Shown piece after piece: positions 46,666 through 51,363 of a DNA stretch of 51,363 nt; the stretch's first letter is position 1, and the number at the start of each line of letters is the position of its first letter. The notes beneath the pieces were generated by a model. That model was given only the letters and a program-made list of their open reading frames with translations. It was not told the DNA's origin and searched no databases. Location of the stretch: assembly GCA_000403035.1 (NCBI GenBank), contig AQSL01000164.1, positions 1-51,363 on the forward strand, written 5' to 3'. A program made the translations under genes and the position numbers. Source of the stretch: Candidatus Latescibacter anaerobius SCGC AAA252-E07 (lineage in GTDB: Bacteria > Latescibacterota > Latescibacteria > Latescibacterales > Latescibacteraceae).

Positions 46666-47664
46666 ATGGGGATAATTATTTTGGAGCGTATAGGAATAAC
46701 TACCACTATCCCTTCCGAAGTTGTATGGGCTGCAGGCGCAGTCCCGGTTGACCTTAACAATTTGTTCATAACCTCGGAACGCCGGAAAGAGTATATAAAA
46801 ACGGCCGAACGCGATGGATATCCCCGTAATATATGTGCATGGATAAAAGGTATGTACGGCGCTTTGCAGTACCATTCTGACATTAAGACTGTTATTGCGG
46901 TAATCCAGGGAGACTGTTCAAATACCCATGCGCTCATGGAAACGCTGCAACTCAAGGGTATCACCACAATCCCATTCGCTTATCCCTACAATCATAATGC
47001 ACAGACGATTGCATATGAAATATCACATCTTGCCGAAAAACTCGGTACGGATATGGACTCTGCCGAAAAAATGCTAAAAAAACTCAACCCAGTCCGCTTG
47101 CTGCTTGACCGGCTCGATAACATGACATGGAGGGATAACCGGGTAACCGGTTACGAAAACCATTTATGGCTCGTGACATCAAGCGATTTCAACGGTGATA
47201 TTGAGAAGTATTCACGGGAGCTTTCCATTTTTCTCGATACGGCGCAGAAACGAACTCCATGCAAAGATTCCGTTCGTCTCGGATACATCGGCGTTCCACC
47301 CATACTCGATGATATTTATTCCTTTGTCGAAGAGTATGGCGCACGGTTTGTGTTTAACGAGGTACAGCGTCAGTTTTCACTGCCAAAACGTACGGGCGGG
47401 CTTGTAGAACACTATCTCGCCTATACCTATCCCTACGATATTTTTCACCGGCTTGATTATATAATTCCCGAACTTAAGCGCCGTAGAATTCAGGGTGTCG
47501 TTCATTATGTACAGAGTTTCTGCCACCGTCACATCGAGGACCTGATTATTCGTAAAATAATTGCACAGCCAGTGCTGACCATCGAGGGCGAATCCCCGGG
47601 GTACGTTGACGAGCGTACAAAAATACGCCTGCAGGCATTTATTGAAATGCTTGAAGCACAATAA
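46666..47664 (+). CDS. 2-hydroxyacyl-CoA dehydratase family protein (HgdB/BcrC-like)
   Basis: 332 aa with conserved Cys contexts (IQGDCSNTHALMETL, YVQSFCHRH). The N-terminus TTTIPSEVVWAAGAVPVDL is typical of the family. Confidence 0.7.
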   Translation: MGIIILERIGITTTIPSEVVWAAGAVPVDLNNLFITSERRKEYIKTAERDGYPRNICAWIKGMYGALQYHSDIKTVIAVIQGDCSNTHALMETLQLKGITTIPFAYPYNHNAQTIAYEISHLAEKLGTDMDSAEKMLKKLNPVRLLLDRLDNMTWRDNRVTGYENHLWLVTSSDFNGDIEKYSRELSIFLDTAQKRTPCKDSVRLGYIGVPPILDDIYSFVEEYGARFVFNEVQRQFSLPKRTGGLVEHYLAYTYPYDIFHRLDYIIPELKRRRIQGVVHYVQSFCHRHIEDLIIRKIIAQPVLTIEGESPGYVDERTKIRLQAFIEMLEAQ

Positions 47665-47954
47665 AATGTATTCTTTTCGTAAGAGTCATAGGGCAAAAGC
47701 ATAGAATTGAAAAAAATCGACAGTAGTCGCTGATTGCTCAAATCCATGCGATTACATAGATGCCTGCCCCCCGAAATCCAATTTAGTGATAAACGAAAGC
47801 AGAGTAAGTTATACAGTTTAAAATAAGAAAACGTGATTATCTCCAATTGAATTTGAACTTACGATGCATGTAAAAAATGGGGGATCGCCAGGATAATTAA
47901 CAGCACTTGATTTTCTTTCACTCAGAATCTATATTATTTGCTTAATTTCATTAT

Positions 47955-48150
47955 GAAGGTGACGGAGAAAAAGATTATTTTTTTACGTACCCTCGAATGA
48001 AATGCATGACTTCTGTTGCTGTCATCGGTCTATTCGACCCGACAAGCCAGTCTCGTCGACCAGGCAGAAGAGCAAGTAAATCAACGTTTCTTGCTTACCC
48101 TCGACAGTTTAAATCCTGATCCTGATAGTATTTCTCAGGACTTTAATATA
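47955..48150 (+). repeat. Modular intergenic repeat, copy F (degenerate)
   Basis: Recognisable remnants of every module: GGAGAAAAAG..TTTTTTACGTACCC, GAATGAAATGCATGACTTCTGTTGCTGTCA, CAAGTAAATCAACG and CCCTCGACAG-N17-GATAGT. It ends 24 nt before parA. Confidence 0.55.
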
Positions 48151-48173
48151 GCATCTTTACTATGTGAGATATA

Positions 48174-48932
48174 ATGGCACGAATAATAGCCATAGCGAAT
48201 CAAAAAGGAGGGGTGGGTAAAACCACTACTGCTGTCAATCTCGCCGCCAGTCTTGCGGCATTGGAACGAAAAACCCTTCTTATTGATATGGACCCGCAGG
48301 GTAATTCTACATCCGGTTTAGGAATAGATACCAATCTATTGGAAAATACTGTGTACGAAACAATCATTGAGAAAATTCCCGCTCAAGATGTAATTGTGGA
48401 AACTGAAATTGATTTTCTCAAGATTCTGCCTTCGGATATTCGTCTTTCAGGGGCGGAGGTTGAGCTTGTAAGTCTGATTGCAAGGGAACGAAAGCTTCTC
48501 AATGCTCTGTATAGTCTCGAAAATGACTATGATTACATATTGATAGACTGTCCGCCTTCTCTCGGAATACTGACCTTGAACGCCTTTGCCGCCGCAAAAT
48601 CCGTGATGATTCCCATACAGTGCGAGTATTATGCTCTCGAGGGTGTAGGCCAGCTTTTAAATTCTATCAGGCTTGTTCAGAAAAATCTCAATCCGAACCT
48701 TATTATTGAAGGAATTCTCCTTACGATGTATGACTCACGGTTGAATCTATCCAACCAGGTGCTTGATGAAGTACGGTCCTACTTCGATAACAAAGTGTAT
48801 GAAACTGTCATTGTACGTAATGTAAAACTCAGCGAAGCCCCGTCTTTTGGTAAGCCGATCATACTTTACGATATTCTTTCATCAGGTGCCAAAGCCTATA
48901 TCCAGCTTGCGAAAGAGGTTGACAATGCATAG
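48174..48932 (+). CDS. parA: Chromosome partitioning ATPase ParA/Soj
   Basis: The deviant Walker A is [20 protein letters not shown]. Length of 252 aa, immediately followed by parB. Confidence 0.92.
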   Translation: MARIIAIANQKGGVGKTTTAVNLAASLAALERKTLLIDMDPQGNSTSGLGIDTNLLENTVYETIIEKIPAQDVIVETEIDFLKILPSDIRLSGAEVELVSLIARERKLLNALYSLENDYDYILIDCPPSLGILTLNAFAAAKSVMIPIQCEYYALEGVGQLLNSIRLVQKNLNPNLIIEGILLTMYDSRLNLSNQVLDEVRSYFDNKVYETVIVRNVKLSEAPSFGKPIILYDILSSGAKAYIQLAKEVDNA

Positions 48933-49803
48933 AAAAGCCCTCGGAAAAGGACTTGATGCCCTCTTCAATTCAAATCTTACAAGAGAAGCATTGGGAGAAG
49001 AAAAAATCGCCACCCGGAGAATCATTACCGTTCCGATCAACGATATTATCCCGAACCGTGAACAGCCCCGTGAGCGTTTCTCCGAAGAGGCAATGGAAGA
49101 ACTGAAGAAATCGATAGCCGAAAACGGCATTCTCGAACCTCCCATAGTCCGTCGAACAGATGATTTTTTTGAATTGGTTGCAGGAGAGCGTCGTTTCAGG
49201 GCTGCGAAGGAACTCAATTTTGAGACCATTGAAGTCATATTGATGGATGTCGAATCAGATGAGAAGATGATTCTTTTATCCCTGATAGAAAATATTCAGA
49301 GAGAAGACCTCAATGCGATAGAAGAGGGCAAAGCTTACCAGCAGATAATGAACACCATGAACCTGACTCAGGAAGCGCTCGCATCGTTGGTTGGAAAGAG
49401 CCGGAGCGGGGTTGCAAATACGATGCGCCTTCTTAATCTTTCAGAGCAGGTGCAGTCGCTTGTCAGTGATAGTTCTCTTGCGCCCGGCAGCGCCCGCGCT
49501 CTCGTTCCAATTGATGATGAAAAGCTCCAGTACAAGCTTGCCCGCAAGATAGCATCCGGGAATCTCTCCTCCAGGCAGGCTGAATCGCTTGTGAAACGCG
49601 CACTTTCACATATACCGCCCACAGCCCTTAAAAAACATCTTTCGCCTTTCATGGAAAACACACGTGTTGATATTCAGCGTATCATGGGAACAGAAGTCAG
49701 AATAAAGGGAGATGACGATAAAGGAAAAATTGAGATTGACTATTACTCCAGTGAGGATTTTGAACGAATCATCGAAGCCATAAAAGGCGGTTCGCTGGAA
49801 TGA
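48925..49803 (+). CDS. parB: Chromosome partitioning protein ParB/Spo0J
   Basis: [11 protein letters not shown]-terminus, the GERRFRAA box and an HTH ([24 protein letters not shown]). ATG 48925 overlaps the parA stop. Confidence 0.92.
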   Translation: MHRKALGKGLDALFNSNLTREALGEEKIATRRIITVPINDIIPNREQPRERFSEEAMEELKKSIAENGILEPPIVRRTDDFFELVAGERRFRAAKELNFETIEVILMDVESDEKMILLSLIENIQREDLNAIEEGKAYQQIMNTMNLTQEALASLVGKSRSGVANTMRLLNLSEQVQSLVSDSSLAPGSARALVPIDDEKLQYKLARKIASGNLSSRQAESLVKRALSHIPPTALKKHLSPFMENTRVDIQRIMGTEVRIKGDDDKGKIEIDYYSSEDFERIIEAIKGGSLE

Positions 49804-49982
49804 ATTATATGAAAGAAAGCACCAATTTCCCCAAAAAATAATAGCTGCACACATTACCTGCGTCCTTGAAGGCAGCATTACCATGAACATGATGAGTTTA
49901 TGCAAGAAGTCACATCCACACGGCGGTGCCGGAATCGGCCCGACAGTGAGTTCGAATATAAGGTGCGAACAATCGGACACTG

Positions 49983-50873
49983 ATGGTGTTGGTTATGAAA
50001 CACATACTCTATGGAATTAACTACATAATTCATTATCGGATCTTTAAAAAACACATACCTCTCATCTGCGGATTAGTCGTTACGAACAAATGTAATCTCC
50101 AGTGCCGTCACTGCAGATTAGCCAATCGTGGGACAAACGATCTCTGTTTTGAAGAAATAACAACTGTGGTTCATTCATTTTATAAAGAGGGTGGCCGTAA
50201 TCTCTATTTGGAAGGCGGGGAACCATTTATATGGCATGACAGACAGTATAATCTTGAAGATATTGTTGAATATTCTCATACAATTGGATTTCTCACGGTT
50301 ATTATTTATACAAACGGCACAATCCCGTTACAAACATCAGCCGACACAGTATTTATCAGTTTAGACGGACTTCAGAAAACTCATGATTTTTTGCGTGGAA
50401 AATCATTTAACAAAATAATGAATAACATTCACGAATCACCCCATCCCTCGCTTTACATAAATTATACCATAAACAATTATAACAAAGATGAAATTGGAGC
50501 GTTTTGTGAATATATAACAACAATACCTCAAATACGTGGCATATTCTTTTACTTTCACACGCCATATTATGGATATGATGATTTATATATAGATTCTGAG
50601 GAAAGAAAAGAAATTTTACGCACGTTATTACATTATAAAAAGAACTATAAAATTTTGAATTCACGGGCAGGTTTAAAGTCAGCATTGAGAAATGATTGGA
50701 AGCGGCCTTTAGACGTCTGTTATGTCTACGAAAAAGGAAATACCTATACATGTTGCAGGTTTCCCGGAGATTCTGAATTATGCCGGAATTGTGGGTATTT
50801 AAGTTATGCAGAAATACATGCGACATTACAATTAAAACCGTCGGCTATTTATAATGCATTAAAGTATTTCTAA
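49983..50873 (+). CDS. Radical SAM protein with a Cys-rich (SPASM/twitch-like) C-terminus
   Basis: The canonical CxxxCxxC is CNLQCRHC. The GGEPF SAM-binding motif is present. The C-terminus is CYVYEKGNTYTCCRFPGDSELCRNCGY. The start may be ATG 49998. Confidence 0.8.
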   Translation: MVLVMKHILYGINYIIHYRIFKKHIPLICGLVVTNKCNLQCRHCRLANRGTNDLCFEEITTVVHSFYKEGGRNLYLEGGEPFIWHDRQYNLEDIVEYSHTIGFLTVIIYTNGTIPLQTSADTVFISLDGLQKTHDFLRGKSFNKIMNNIHESPHPSLYINYTINNYNKDEIGAFCEYITTIPQIRGIFFYFHTPYYGYDDLYIDSEERKEILRTLLHYKKNYKILNSRAGLKSALRNDWKRPLDVCYVYEKGNTYTCCRFPGDSELCRNCGYLSYAEIHATLQLKPSAIYNALKYF

Positions 50874-50945
50874 TCCGATCTGATTGTGTTGTCTTATGTG
50901 GTCTAAAAAGAATACATGCCACATGTAATGGTTTGATGAATTTCA

Positions 50946-51363
50946 ATGAAAACAGTATGCAAAGTAATAGTGATAGCAATAGTAAGTTTCTCTGTCATAG
51001 TCTATGGTAATAAAAAGAATGAAATCGAATATGAATTCATACAAGATGCCACCTCCTATTCATTTCGGGGAAGTTTTCTTGTGAAAGCTGATCTTGATTG
51101 TCTCATTGACATTGCATATAAATTTGAACATATATCAAAGTATGCCTCAGATGCCCGATCCGTTGAATTAGTTCAGCAAGGAGAAAATTGGTATGAGGTA
51201 ACCTATACGTATCGAAGATTAATAATCTTTGAAAATAAGTCTACCTGGCGCAGGACTCTGAAACGGGACAGACAAAAAGTTGTTTTTGAAATGGTATCAA
51301 GCAAGAACAACATAAACATCATGCCGAACGTGCTGTCTTCCACCGGATACTATCAGATTAACC
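50946..51363 (+). CDS. Partial ORF (3' end outside the window): secreted or membrane-anchored hypothetical protein, possibly SRPBCC/START-like
   Basis: Open frame from ATG 50946 to the window end (139 codons, no stop) with an N-terminal hydrophobic segment. It is absent from the ORF track because it has no stop. The fold guess is weak. Confidence 0.45.
   Translation, partial: MKTVCKVIVIAIVSFSVIVYGNKKNEIEYEFIQDATSYSFRGSFLVKADLDCLIDIAYKFEHISKYASDARSVELVQQGENWYEVTYTYRRLIIFENKSTWRRTLKRDRQKVVFEMVSSKNNINIMPNVLSSTGYYQIN

Noticed and set aside
14062-48150. CRISPR array
   Set aside because: The repeats are 150-220 bp and separated by kilobases of ordinary genes. There are no regularly spaced short direct repeats anywhere in the window.

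Overview
About 51 kb of bacterial chromosome with no rRNA genes, CRISPR arrays, transposases or integrases. A protein with a T9SS-type C-terminal sorting domain suggests an FCB-group or related candidate-phylum organism, but I cannot assign taxonomy from this window. Content falls into five parts. (1) A housekeeping block: DUF2232-rplI, a bifunctional nuclease, rpsF, a membrane pyrophosphatase, pth, L25/Ctc and tRNA-Gln. (2) A polysaccharide and sugar-acid utilisation region: a heparinase II/III-like lyase, a KduD-like SDR, an SSS symporter, a Gfo/Idh/MocA oxidoreductase, a DUF4838+PA14 protein, a rhamnose-isomerase-like TIM barrel, a PfkB kinase and a class II aldolase. (3) A visibly AT-rich block with an FlgM-like anti-sigma factor, a disordered repeat protein and a degenerate HD-type protein. 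(4) A tightly packed radical SAM / aminotransferase / ATP-grasp operon next to a URO-D family gene and tRNA-Thr. (5) trkH-trkA, a HAMP sensor without an output domain, an orphan 2-hydroxyacyl-CoA-dehydratase-like gene, parAB and a radical SAM/SPASM-like gene. The most unusual signal is non-coding. A modular 150-220 bp intergenic repeat is present in six copies. It has nested hairpins that show compensatory base changes, 9-bp terminal inverted repeats flanked by TTAA-like tetranucleotides, and an outward-facing TTGACA-N17-TATAAT-like promoter module. A separate 38-nt motif is shared by the upstream regions of two neighbouring secreted-protein genes. All functional calls come from reading the translations and motifs by eye. 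No database search was run.
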